From contig JACKFJ010000005.1 in the NCBI GenBank assembly GCA_020632535.1, positions 64,200-128,199 of the forward strand: DNA of 64,000 nt, in the 5' to 3' direction. Of this stretch, positions 37,360 through 46,848 are shown piece by piece (position 1 is the stretch's first letter; every line of letters starts with the position of its first letter). Under the pieces are notes generated by a model that saw only the letters and a list, made by a program, of their open reading frames with translations, was not told the DNA's origin and ran no database searches. This DNA comes from Candidatus Omnitrophota bacterium. GTDB lineage: Bacteria; Omnitrophota; Gorgyraeia; Zapsychrales; JANLHA01. Both the position numbers and the translations under genes were made by a program.

Positions 37360-39447
37360 TTAGTATACTTCTTGGCTTCTCTTAGCTTCAAGTTCTTTTC
37401 CAAAATCAAAATCAGACCACTTGGTGAACCAATATCCTTTTCTTGAAAGCAAATTGTTCTGCTGAGAAGCATCGGTTATGTCATAATAAACTAATAAATT
37501 TTTCTTAAACGCTTCATCTAAATATGGACAGGATAAAAGATCAAACAACAAAAAGACCAACTCAGTCGTAATTATCCTTTTATTTAAAGGAACTTTCTCA
37601 AATTTATGTGTAATATGCGTCTTTATAATTTCACGAATTTTATTGTATCTCGACTTACCTTCAATATAAAAAAGCAATACAGTTATTGTGAAATAATTCA
37701 AATCATAAAGGCATTTCTCTTCTTTAATATTTATATCGAAATACTTTCCTAATAGGAATTCTTCAAGTCTATACTCTCTCCCCAATTCTTTTAACGCAAT
37801 TAACAAATACAGCGTCTCAACTTGAGTATGCTTCGAACTTCTATTCTTCCGTAGGACCAAGAAGACATCATCATATATTTGTTTATATATCAAGTGCCGA
37901 AGATCGCTGTTAAAATTTCCTTTAATCCTAGTAAATTTTGTTAATTTACTCAGAATCATACAAAGCTTAATAGTTGTGTTTACCCTTGGAGAAACGCTAT
38001 AAAGAAAAAACGTGAAATCCAACAACTCCAAGATAGCCTTCGCCACTTTTAGTTCATATGCATTTTTATCTTCGATGCCAGCATATATTTTGATAATCTT
38101 TGCGACTTTTCTGTCAATGCAAGCAAGTGTATAATTTAAAATGTCTTTATAAGAAATTCCTGTCTCTTTAATTATCGTTTTAAACCTTGTTATCAGCTTA
38201 TTTGAACTCACATAAAAAGAGTATTCCCTATCACCCTCCTCCTCATCCCCCTCATCATCTTGCGGCATCTCCTTCTCTGATTCCTTCTTTAAAATTTTAA
38301 AGCTGAGATTATCATTTAGCAATTTCGCTATATTTTGCTTCGCGATTGTGATTCCAGTAATAATAGGCTTTTCAAATAAAACAGTTTTTGAGTCATTTAT
38401 GTATAATTTGTATTCCTTTAGCTGCAATCGATAGGTATCCAGTATTTTTTCTTTATCAGAATCTTCGTTATAAAAAACAAAAAAATCATCTACATACCGA
38501 AAAATCTCATAATGGGTTTTGAATTCCAAACCCTCTGCCTTAAGACAATTTAAAACGTTTAAATCTATCCTTTGCAAAATTAATTCTGCGAATATCCTGG
38601 AGAATTCTGGACCAATAACAATACCGTTAGTTTCAGCGTAATTTAAATTCTGCATCAAAGCATCAAATCGACCTGCAAATGTTTTATTTGACAATTTAAT
38701 ATTATCCTTAACCACATCCTTTGTTAATAAGGCCCAAGCAATCGTGTGAGAATAAATGCTGTCAAAACACTTTGATATATCAAATTTAAACATTCGATTA
38801 TATTTCTTCTCGCTCCTATGATATTTATAGGATTCATAAAATTTATACACATTACTAATATCTTTATAAGAAAAAAATGTTTTTAAGTTCTCATATTCTT
38901 TATCAAATTCTTCTGCCGACTTATGCTCATGGTCATGGGCCAAGTTTTTTAGATGAGTCCTATCTTGGAAATATGTGAATTTAGCGACTTTATGCGGCCT
39001 TCTTATAGAGAAAGGGCTAATATTACAGTAATAAAGAATTACTTCCTTGTACTTGTCGTAAAACTCAATTAACTGCAACTGACTTTTGGGGTGTACGATT
39101 ACTAATTCCCGATAATCCTTTTCTTTATGTGAAATCTTATAATTAAACGGAATGGTTTTGAATTCATCGTTATGTGCTTCGATTTTAATTTGCCGATTCC
39201 TAACTTCTTTACCCTGACAAAACCCAAATAGCAGTTTAATGATTACATCTAAAAACGGGTCATCTCTCTCCCATTTAATTATTTTTCCATCAACTGAAAT
39301 CTTGTTTGTTACTAAAAAATTATAAAAATGTCTATTTGAAAAAGTAGCGGGCAATTCAAATGGGAGAATATCCGACAAAACTACTTTTTCTTTTGAAATT
39401 TTAATTTGTTTCTTTTTACGTTTCAAACTAAGCCACCTTATTTCCAA
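37360..39447 (-). CDS. Reverse transcriptase, large (UG8/Drt3b-like): RT core + ~330-aa helical C-terminal domain
   Basis: 695-aa ORF (track start is TTG). A better start may be TTG 39426, preceded by AAGGTGG. RT motif A FDISKCFDSI, motif B NGIVIGPEFSRIFAEL, motif C FRYVDDFFVFY. N-terminus has LPFELPATFSNRHFY. Confidence 0.85.
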   Translation of the reverse strand: MEIRWLSLKRKKKQIKISKEKVVLSDILPFELPATFSNRHFYNFLVTNKISVDGKIIKWERDDPFLDVIIKLLFGFCQGKEVRNRQIKIEAHNDEFKTIPFNYKISHKEKDYRELVIVHPKSQLQLIEFYDKYKEVILYYCNISPFSIRRPHKVAKFTYFQDRTHLKNLAHDHEHKSAEEFDKEYENLKTFFSYKDISNVYKFYESYKYHRSEKKYNRMFKFDISKCFDSIYSHTIAWALLTKDVVKDNIKLSNKTFAGRFDALMQNLNYAETNGIVIGPEFSRIFAELILQRIDLNVLNCLKAEGLEFKTHYEIFRYVDDFFVFYNEDSDKEKILDTYRLQLKEYKLYINDSKTVLFEKPIITGITIAKQNIAKLLNDNLSFKILKKESEKEMPQDDEGDEEEGDREYSFYVSSNKLITRFKTIIKETGISYKDILNYTLACIDRKVAKIIKIYAGIEDKNAYELKVAKAILELLDFTFFLYSVSPRVNTTIKLCMILSKLTKFTRIKGNFNSDLRHLIYKQIYDDVFLVLRKNRSSKHTQVETLYLLIALKELGREYRLEEFLLGKYFDINIKEEKCLYDLNYFTITVLLFYIEGKSRYNKIREIIKTHITHKFEKVPLNKRIITTELVFLLFDLLSCPYLDEAFKKNLLVYYDITDASQQNNLLSRKGYWFTKWSDFDFGKELEAKRSQEVY

Positions 39448-40778
39448 ATCTTCATAATTTTCTGAAGCTCATGCGTCTTAAATGGAGAAAATCTTTTTGC
39501 ATTAAACCCTTCCAAAAACTTATATTTTCTCAACCTATCTCGCAATCGAACGTTCCTGAGAGTTTTGATCTTCTTTCTTAAATAACTATCAAGGTCAGCC
39601 AAATCATCCATTTCGGTTAACTGACGATTCGTATAAAAAATCCCAACAAGCACATTATTCTTATTATTCTTAAGACGAGTGTTGCCAGTTAAAAATCGCA
39701 CTCTTTTTACAAGCAAATCTCTTGCTTCTCTCGTATCAACCTTACTCAAATTAAAATAATTACTAAAAGCCGAATCAATTCTAGTTTTATATTTTAAAAC
39801 TTTCTTATCTGTTAATTTTGTTTTGATCTGGTTATCCCCAAAGAATATTTTGTAGCCTAGATATTCCATTTCACATGCTTGTTTAACACTACTTAAATCA
39901 AAGATTAGCGTTTTATTATTCGTGCCGCTATCATTTAGTTTTAAATGAAAGTCCTGCTCAACAATATTTTTTATCTCTAGCTTGTAATCTCCGACTCTCC
40001 CGCTGGCATACGGCGAAAATATGATAATAATATCATCAACATACCGCGCATAATACCTTACATCCGTGTGCGACAAAATAGCCTTATCAAGATCCCTCAT
40101 ATAAAGCTCAGCTAAATAAGCGCTAACGCCAATCCCTCGCGGAACCCCTTTATCGCAAGAAGCCAATTTCTTATATTGGGCCAATATTTGCCTCAAAATT
40201 CTTCGAGAAAATGGACTCAAAAGATTATTACCATCAATCTTTTCCAACAATTTCCCATGAGGAATACTCTCATAAAAATCATCAATATCTGTTTTTAAAA
40301 CAACCTTCGGAAAATCATCATCCAATAATGCTTTGACCTGACTTACGATTTCAAAACGATTTGATTGCTTAACACCAAACAGCCGGGATACATTTCTTTG
40401 TATTTGCTTCATAACAAAATAACACTCCGGCGAATTCCTAACTGTATAAAGAGATTTTTGACCTTCTAAATCTTTTTTGTCCAATTCCAAACTAAAACTT
40501 GCGGCCCCAACATTTTGGCTAACTTTCTTAAGCTCCTCGTTCAAAACTTCATCTTTTTTAGTTTTAAGTTCCCGCCTTTTTTCATACATTTTCTTCAAGT
40601 CATCACTTGAACAATTTTTGCTCTTTTTCTTCGCCCTAATTTCCTTATTGCATTGCTTCACTTCTTCTGTAGCATCCTTAACATTTGGAAAAAATAGGCC
40701 TTCCAAGAAAACACCTTTTCTATTTTCTAAATCTAATATTTTTCTAAAATTTTCCGCTGAAAATGATTGATCTAACAT
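39438..40778 (-). CDS. Reverse transcriptase, small (UG3/Drt3a-like)
   Basis: 446-aa ORF. Motif A TDIDDFYESIPH, motif B GVPRGIGVSAYLAELY, motif C YARYVDDIIIIFS. …RFLTGNTRL… in the C-terminal part. Confidence 0.85.
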   Translation of the reverse strand: MLDQSFSAENFRKILDLENRKGVFLEGLFFPNVKDATEEVKQCNKEIRAKKKSKNCSSDDLKKMYEKRRELKTKKDEVLNEELKKVSQNVGAASFSLELDKKDLEGQKSLYTVRNSPECYFVMKQIQRNVSRLFGVKQSNRFEIVSQVKALLDDDFPKVVLKTDIDDFYESIPHGKLLEKIDGNNLLSPFSRRILRQILAQYKKLASCDKGVPRGIGVSAYLAELYMRDLDKAILSHTDVRYYARYVDDIIIIFSPYASGRVGDYKLEIKNIVEQDFHLKLNDSGTNNKTLIFDLSSVKQACEMEYLGYKIFFGDNQIKTKLTDKKVLKYKTRIDSAFSNYFNLSKVDTREARDLLVKRVRFLTGNTRLKNNKNNVLVGIFYTNRQLTEMDDLADLDSYLRKKIKTLRNVRLRDRLRKYKFLEGFNAKRFSPFKTHELQKIMKIWK

Positions 40779-40780
40779 AA

Positions 40781-42265
40781 TTATTCCACAGCTAATTTTT
40801 CCAAAGCATTTAACAAATCTATCATTCCATAAGTATCTAAATCACAATACTCCTGCAATTGCGAATACACCCGTTGTCGCTCCTCTTCTTGTGCATCGCA
40901 ATAAGTAACCCTAAAGTATTCTAAACTCGCCACATCGCCTTGGGAAATATCCAAAGCTTCATAATTCTTTCCAGTTAAGATCGGAAGAACTGCTTTAATA
41001 GATGCACTTCCCTGTTGAGCGGGATGATAATAATCTAAATTTCTAAATGGCTCGTATAAGTCAACAAAACTAGGTTTTATATCTTTGAACCAATCCAAAT
41101 AATTCGACAGTGTTTCGCAAACTCCTTCTAGGACACTAATTTCAAAAGCTGCATTATATGCAACAATCGAACCAGGTGTTCCCAACTCACTGCTTAATTG
41201 TTTAATAAAATCTGTTCGAGGATCACTTTTCTCTCTCCACAAGAATGAAAAATGTTGCGGCGACGAATTTCGGCTCAAAACAACAAACATTGAATATTGA
41301 AACGGAATCCTTTCATACGGTCGAGATAAATCAAATAACGGGACCGCTGAAGAAATCGTTTCAAAATCCAAAAAATAAAGCGGATATTTTAATGTTTGGA
41401 GAAATTCTCTTAACGCCACACGATTTATGTAAGGAGTCCCCGTTTTATGTATCTTCAATTGCTTTCTTTGAGAATCAGTCAATTCGGCGTCATCTGGAAT
41501 ATCCAACAACCTCAACAATCCCTTCTTCATGAAATTAAATGCTATTTTCTTTCCCCGCATTAAAACAAAAATATTATCCTTCGTCGGAAGAAATGCCCAA
41601 CAAGCTTCCTTTAAGGGACATTCATAAGGTGAATCACATTGGGGTCCAATATTAATATCTGGAAGGGAGCCTTGGATAACTTGCAACATATTTTCAATTC
41701 TTTTAGGTAATAATGGAATCAAATCTTTTATTAAATCTGTAATATCAACTTTTAGGAAAAGCGCTTCAGGATCTATTTCTCCTTGTCTAATATACTCATT
41801 ATTGATGTGATAAAGATAGCAGCGCCTAATCTTTAGGCCCGCGCCCTCGTAAACATATTTTTGAAATGCCACATCTTCGTAATGTTCTTCCTTCACCTGA
41901 GTTGAACTTTTCACCTCAATCAAATCCCACTCATCGTGTCCAACGGGATTTAAAATATCTGCTAAAGCATAAGTATTAGAAAAAACAAACCCTGCTTCAA
42001 ATATTGGCCTTCTATCTTTCAACACCTCTGTTGATTTCTTTGAATGTTCAAACGGAGAAGCGTCTCTTTCAAGTTTAATTCCATCGGGAAATAGCCTCTG
42101 TGCCAACAACCCAATCTGGATACCTTGTCTGAAAATCGCCTGGGTAGCAACATCTATTGGTGGGATTTCTTCTTTACGATTATAAGCAAACCAGAGTAAT
42201 TTAGAGCATTGTACGCCCTGCATATATCTACTTTTTGTTAAAATCGGTTTAAATTTACTTTCCAT
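40781..42265 (-). CDS. DUF2779 protein: Cas4/RecB-like PD-(D/E)xK nuclease with Cys cluster + C-terminal DUF2779 domain
   Basis: Track start 42277 is TTG; I prefer ATG 42265. N-terminus is LTKSRYMQGVQCSKLLWF. Nuclease motif is WDLIEVKSST. Cys cluster is CDSPYECPLKEAC. DUF2779 signature is YFLDFETISSAVP…RPYERIPFQYSMFV. Confidence 0.75.
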   Translation of the reverse strand: MESKFKPILTKSRYMQGVQCSKLLWFAYNRKEEIPPIDVATQAIFRQGIQIGLLAQRLFPDGIKLERDASPFEHSKKSTEVLKDRRPIFEAGFVFSNTYALADILNPVGHDEWDLIEVKSSTQVKEEHYEDVAFQKYVYEGAGLKIRRCYLYHINNEYIRQGEIDPEALFLKVDITDLIKDLIPLLPKRIENMLQVIQGSLPDINIGPQCDSPYECPLKEACWAFLPTKDNIFVLMRGKKIAFNFMKKGLLRLLDIPDDAELTDSQRKQLKIHKTGTPYINRVALREFLQTLKYPLYFLDFETISSAVPLFDLSRPYERIPFQYSMFVVLSRNSSPQHFSFLWREKSDPRTDFIKQLSSELGTPGSIVAYNAAFEISVLEGVCETLSNYLDWFKDIKPSFVDLYEPFRNLDYYHPAQQGSASIKAVLPILTGKNYEALDISQGDVASLEYFRVTYCDAQEEERQRVYSQLQEYCDLDTYGMIDLLNALEKLAVE

Positions 42266-42267
42266 AA

Positions 42268-43671
42268 TTACAGCCAAACATCATCCAGGGACCTTGCTTT
42301 TAATATCTTATCCAAAGATGCATATTTCGGCCCCTGGGGTTTTAGATGCGGTCTGGCGCCCAGACCAACCGGAGTTTTTAATTTAATGGGATCACCTTTG
42401 AGATAGAGCTTATATTTATTCTCACCCCATTCCTTTCCTTCGTAGGGCTCAATGCGGTCCACTTCGCCGTAATACGTAATTTGCGAAACTGGCGCAACCT
42501 GATACATAGCCAAATACTTTATGAAAGGAATCGTGTTAGGATTTAACCGAACAGCCCACCACGCCTTTTGCTCCAGGAATGCAATCTTAAAGCCGTCCTC
42601 TTTCGCCGCACAAACCAAGGTATCCCAATCAGGCTTTGCAATTTTCTTCTTGCCACTTGGAAGTGACGCCAAGTCCAAATCAAGAATGCGATCCCCTGCC
42701 CCTGGAATTTCAAATTGCTCCTCTATATTAAAATCCTTCTTTCTCCTAATGTTAAATCGCGACTTATATTCATCTGACAGTTCATCGAAATGACGCAATA
42801 TCAATGTTGAAAGATCATTCCCATCAATTAATTTAATGTGAAGCTTTCCTTTTGCTTCAGCCTCTTCGATGGCTTGTGACGTAAAACCGGAAGTTGTGAT
42901 AAAACAACCATGCTCACCCTGCCCCAATGCCCCACGTAAAGCCAGAATATCTTTATTCCCTATAGAAGAACGGACACGTTTGACCTGAACTCTCAAGGTT
43001 ATGTCGGCAAGCCCTTCAGCATCGAGGACACCATTTACATCAATCCCTTTATCGCTAACATATTGTGTCGTTTCTGATGAGAAACCTACGACTTCCAACA
43101 CGTGACGGATGAACTGCTCAAATTCACGGCCATCCATTTCCAGAAGACCTTCCAATATGACATCACGGACACGCTGAGGCTTCTCTGCTGGCGTATACTT
43201 ATCTCCTTGTATTAACGCATTAATTTCATCTGAATATTTATCTAAAGAAAAGACTGTTAAAAGGCCCCCCAGAGAATACCCCAAACTCGTTGACATATCC
43301 TCCTTCAGAAGCACTTTATTCATCCATTTTACTTTTCGACGATGAGGATACGGACATCCCACCCTTGAGGTCTTCTGAAAATAATAATCACCTGCTTCAC
43401 CGGCGATGTACTCTCCTTTACCCAGCGGTGACAAAATAATATCACCGGGCTGGATTTCTAATCCAAACCGATAGACCTGTCCGGCATTAATAGCTAATTG
43501 CGTAGGGGTATAATTATACGAAGTCTCTTGGAGGGCTTTCTTGATTTGGCCGACATTCTTAAATTTGCTTAAATCGTCAACCTCCTCCCAGCCGATAGCC
43601 ACGAATCCTTCTTTCCGCGCCTCATCGATATACTTCGAACCTTCCCCAACTCGGATTAAATAGAATGACAT
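42268..43671 (-). CDS. Three-domain Mrr-family (type IV-like) restriction endonuclease
   Basis: 467-aa ORF. The central Mrr_cat region is REFEQFIRHVLEVVGF…DKGIDVNGVL…ITLRVQVKR…GCFITTSGFTSQA. It is flanked by an uncharacterised N-terminal domain (MSFYLIRVGEGSKYIDEARKEGFVAIGWEEV) and an uncharacterised C-terminal domain. Confidence 0.8.
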   Translation of the reverse strand: MSFYLIRVGEGSKYIDEARKEGFVAIGWEEVDDLSKFKNVGQIKKALQETSYNYTPTQLAINAGQVYRFGLEIQPGDIILSPLGKGEYIAGEAGDYYFQKTSRVGCPYPHRRKVKWMNKVLLKEDMSTSLGYSLGGLLTVFSLDKYSDEINALIQGDKYTPAEKPQRVRDVILEGLLEMDGREFEQFIRHVLEVVGFSSETTQYVSDKGIDVNGVLDAEGLADITLRVQVKRVRSSIGNKDILALRGALGQGEHGCFITTSGFTSQAIEEAEAKGKLHIKLIDGNDLSTLILRHFDELSDEYKSRFNIRRKKDFNIEEQFEIPGAGDRILDLDLASLPSGKKKIAKPDWDTLVCAAKEDGFKIAFLEQKAWWAVRLNPNTIPFIKYLAMYQVAPVSQITYYGEVDRIEPYEGKEWGENKYKLYLKGDPIKLKTPVGLGARPHLKPQGPKYASLDKILKARSLDDVWL

Positions 43672-45410
43672 AATCTTTTATCCCAATCCCAATATTTAAT
43701 TCTCTTTATGGCATCTTCGACATCAAACAATGTATATTTGTTTGGTTTCCATTCTGAAAGCTTTTTGTAAATGTCTTCCACTTCAATCGACTCTTCATCT
43801 TGAATAACCTTGCAAATACTGGCAATAAGCTCAATCTTATCACTGCCTAACTTACCAATCCGCATCAATAAATCTTCCATTGATTTTTGGCTGTTTATTA
43901 AAATATCTGAACTGTATTTCAGTAATCGTTCAGAATTTGGTCCAAGATCATAAACCTGTTTACCTTTTACTTGTATAGCCCTGAAAGCTTTATCTTTTCT
44001 TAGATCACTTTGAATAACTCGCTTTATTTTGGAATCATATGGACCAAAGTTTTGTTTTACAAAATTCAGACCAAAGGGAACCTTATAAATTTCCTGCAAA
44101 AAATAAAGCATTTTCGCAATAACCATTTCTCCACGCTGGTATGGTGTCGCGCGCAAACCTTCTAAAACGGCTCCAATCCCTAGCTTTAAATTAAACCAAA
44201 AATTTTTATTAGTTTGAGTAATCGGAACCGTTTCTTCCTGCTTAGAAAAATCAAACGCCTCCTGCAAGACAGCTTGTATAATACTTTCTACTTTATTTTG
44301 CGCAGATAAAATTTGTCCTTCTAACTCCTGACTTTTCTCAATCGCAGTATTAACTCTTTCGATCAACATCTTCTGATCTTTCAATGAAACCATTGGAATT
44401 TCTACGCCCATCACTATTCTTTGATTAATTTTTGGCATACTCCCAGACGTACCAGAAGCGTTCTCACGGAAATAATTGCGTATCTTTTCTGACATAAGCA
44501 TAATATGTAAGAATTCGGGGATTACTCCTTCCTTAGGATGAATTTTCATCATTAAATCGGGATATATAAATTCGTGTGGCTCTCCTCTATAAACTGCACT
44601 TACACCCACGTAATCAAGAGAATTACTCCTTTGGATCAAAATATCGCCATCTTTTAACCATAAATAGGAAATGGGCTCCAAATTAACATCAACATATTTT
44701 ATACATTCCTTTTTAAAAACTCCTGAAGTTGTCGCCGTCAACGTTAGGGTCTTAATTTTAGTTTCATCACTAACAGGCTTAGGGGAGTAACCGTTTCTGG
44801 GCTTTTCAACAATAAGCTCATCCAACTTCTTAATTTGTCCATTTTTACATGCCTGACTATATGCTTCACTAAATATTGAGCGCTTCAGGTGAGAAAGGTT
44901 TTTTACAATTTTTCTGTTCAAATCGCCAAACATTTTTGTTCTTTCAAAAGCAAAATCAATCCTATCAGCAATCTTTTTTTGATCTTTTAATGAGTCGTGG
45001 ATATTGATTTCTAAAGGAAGAAAATGTTTCGGTTTTATTTCTGTTTTTATTCCTCCCCTGACTTGTTCTTTTACGGCTTCTTTAAATGCTTCACTTTTAA
45101 TGAGCCATTTAAAATAAGGAATATAAATTTTGCTTGGATCAAAGTGATAAGCTGAATAATGAATAGTCGCCAAACACTCTTCTTCCCCATCATGAACAGC
45201 TACGGCACCTTTTGAAAAATTAATACCAGAAATGACCAGATCACCTTTTTTAAAACTAATCATATTCGTTTTTGTCGTTCTTCCTAGACTAAAGTGCATC
45301 TCTCCATTGAAGTCAATTTTATCCAACCGACTTAACTTTAAGGCGTTCGCGTCCTTCGGCTTGATACGCCCTTCTCGCTCTTTTAGAAATTGTGAAATTC
45401 TGGTTTTCAT
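43656..45410 (-). CDS. hsdS: Type I R-M specificity subunit HsdS with an extra ~190-aa C-terminal DUF4065/SocA ('Panacea')-like domain
   Basis: 584-aa ORF. Two TRD/conserved-region halves (…NGYSPKP…LIQRSNSLDYVG…SGSMPKINQ…), then …EMVIAKMLYFLQEIYKVPFGLNFVKQNFGPYDSKI… (KLLY…F…GP pattern). ATGA overlap with hsdM and a 16-nt overlap with the Mrr gene. Confidence 0.8.
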   Translation of the reverse strand: MKTRISQFLKEREGRIKPKDANALKLSRLDKIDFNGEMHFSLGRTTKTNMISFKKGDLVISGINFSKGAVAVHDGEEECLATIHYSAYHFDPSKIYIPYFKWLIKSEAFKEAVKEQVRGGIKTEIKPKHFLPLEINIHDSLKDQKKIADRIDFAFERTKMFGDLNRKIVKNLSHLKRSIFSEAYSQACKNGQIKKLDELIVEKPRNGYSPKPVSDETKIKTLTLTATTSGVFKKECIKYVDVNLEPISYLWLKDGDILIQRSNSLDYVGVSAVYRGEPHEFIYPDLMMKIHPKEGVIPEFLHIMLMSEKIRNYFRENASGTSGSMPKINQRIVMGVEIPMVSLKDQKMLIERVNTAIEKSQELEGQILSAQNKVESIIQAVLQEAFDFSKQEETVPITQTNKNFWFNLKLGIGAVLEGLRATPYQRGEMVIAKMLYFLQEIYKVPFGLNFVKQNFGPYDSKIKRVIQSDLRKDKAFRAIQVKGKQVYDLGPNSERLLKYSSDILINSQKSMEDLLMRIGKLGSDKIELIASICKVIQDEESIEVEDIYKKLSEWKPNKYTLFDVEDAIKRIKYWDWDKRLCHSI

Positions 45411-46846
45411 TTTAATAACGTTTTCTCTATCTCAGCTAATAACCTTGTCGATTCCTTTAAGTCTTCTGTTACTTCTTCAATTATTTCATGAGTTGAATAC
45501 TGTTTCTTGCTTTGTAAAGCATTCGGATTTCGCAAGTCCAAATTAAAACCATTATCTGCGATTTCTTTAATACTGACTTTCCAAGCAAACTCATTTTCTT
45601 TGCGATTTTTCCACCATCGTTTTTCTAATTCAAATTCGGAATATCTAATCGGTTTCGTTTTTGTATAAACCTTGCCTTTACGTTCTTCCGGAAGTGGGTG
45701 CTCAAAAAACCAAATGGACTTCGTTGCTTCACCTTTAGTTAAAAATATTAAATTGGTCTCTATATCCGTATAAGGAGAGAAAACACCTCTCGGAAGACGG
45801 ATAATTGTATGCAGATTACATTCATTTAGTATTTTTTCTTTAATTCTTGTTTTAACCCCATCACCGGATAAAGAACCATCTGGTAAAATCAAAGCACATC
45901 TTCCTTGATTTTTTAATAACTGTACTATCAAGACTAAAAATAAATCGGCAGTTTCGCGAGTTCGAAAAGAAGATGGAAAATTATTAGGAATACCGACTTC
46001 TTCCTCTCCCCCAAATGGCGGATTGGTTACGATCACATCAACACGATCTTTCTGGGTGTAATTTCTTAACGGACTGGAGAGAAGGTTGTCTCGTCGGATG
46101 TTGTTAGGAATTTCAATACCATGCAAGATCATATTGGTGATCGCCAAAAGGTGGGGCAAAGGTTTCTTCTCGACGCCGAATATGTTGTCCTGCCATTTGG
46201 TACGGTCTTTGATGCTTTTTTCTTGCTTCTTAAGATGTTCAATGGCGCATGTTAAAAATCCACCAGTCCCGCAAGCGGGGTCTAAAATCTTTTCGCCAAG
46301 TTTGGGATTGACCATTTCGACCATGAATTGTGTGACGGGTCGAGGTGTGTAATATTCCCCTGCATTGCCTGCGCTTTGCAGGTCTTTAAGGATAGACTCG
46401 TAAAGATCATTAAAAATATGCCGATCCTCGGCTTTGTTGAAATCGAATTCCTGATTGATTTTATTGATGACCTGCCGAAGAAGAGTCCCTGACTTCATGT
46501 AGTTGTAGGTATCTTCGAAAACAGACTGGATCAAATATTCTCTGGGGCTTTCCTTAGGATTGACATTGAGCTCCTTCAGCATCTTGAAAAGCTTATTGTT
46601 TACGAAATCTAAAAGCTCTTCGCCTGTGATGCCTTCTTCATCCAACGCCCAATTTCGCCAGCGAAGCTCTTCGGGTAAAGGCGATTTATATTTTTGATCC
46701 ATCAATTCGTATTCCCGTTCCTTGTCATCAAAAATCTTCAGAAATACCAGCCAAACAAGCTGTGAAATACGCTGAGCGTCGCCATCGACACCTGTATCCT
46801 TACGCATAATGTCCTGAACTGTTTTAATTGTTGCTGGGGAAACCAT
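45407..46846 (-). CDS. hsdM: Type I R-M N6-adenine DNA methyltransferase HsdM
   Basis: 479-aa ORF. Motif I ILDPACGTGGFL, motif IV TNPPFGG, HsdM N-terminal helical domain. Confidence 0.9.
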   Translation of the reverse strand: MVSPATIKTVQDIMRKDTGVDGDAQRISQLVWLVFLKIFDDKEREYELMDQKYKSPLPEELRWRNWALDEEGITGEELLDFVNNKLFKMLKELNVNPKESPREYLIQSVFEDTYNYMKSGTLLRQVINKINQEFDFNKAEDRHIFNDLYESILKDLQSAGNAGEYYTPRPVTQFMVEMVNPKLGEKILDPACGTGGFLTCAIEHLKKQEKSIKDRTKWQDNIFGVEKKPLPHLLAITNMILHGIEIPNNIRRDNLLSSPLRNYTQKDRVDVIVTNPPFGGEEEVGIPNNFPSSFRTRETADLFLVLIVQLLKNQGRCALILPDGSLSGDGVKTRIKEKILNECNLHTIIRLPRGVFSPYTDIETNLIFLTKGEATKSIWFFEHPLPEERKGKVYTKTKPIRYSEFELEKRWWKNRKENEFAWKVSIKEIADNGFNLDLRNPNALQSKKQYSTHEIIEEVTEDLKESTRLLAEIEKTLLK

Positions 46847-46848
46847 TC

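Noticed and set aside
37194-37472. 92-aa ORF spanning the RT 3' end, the terminator and the promoter.
   Set aside because: It overlaps the RT coding end in another frame and runs through a strong terminator hairpin and a promoter. It is almost certainly spurious.
37360-40778. Retron or group II intron interpretation of the RT genes.
   Set aside because: - There are two different RTs in tandem, and I saw no flanking msr/msd-type inverted repeats upstream.
- There is no intron-RNA domain structure and no maturase/endonuclease domains.
- The architecture fits the two-RT defence class instead.
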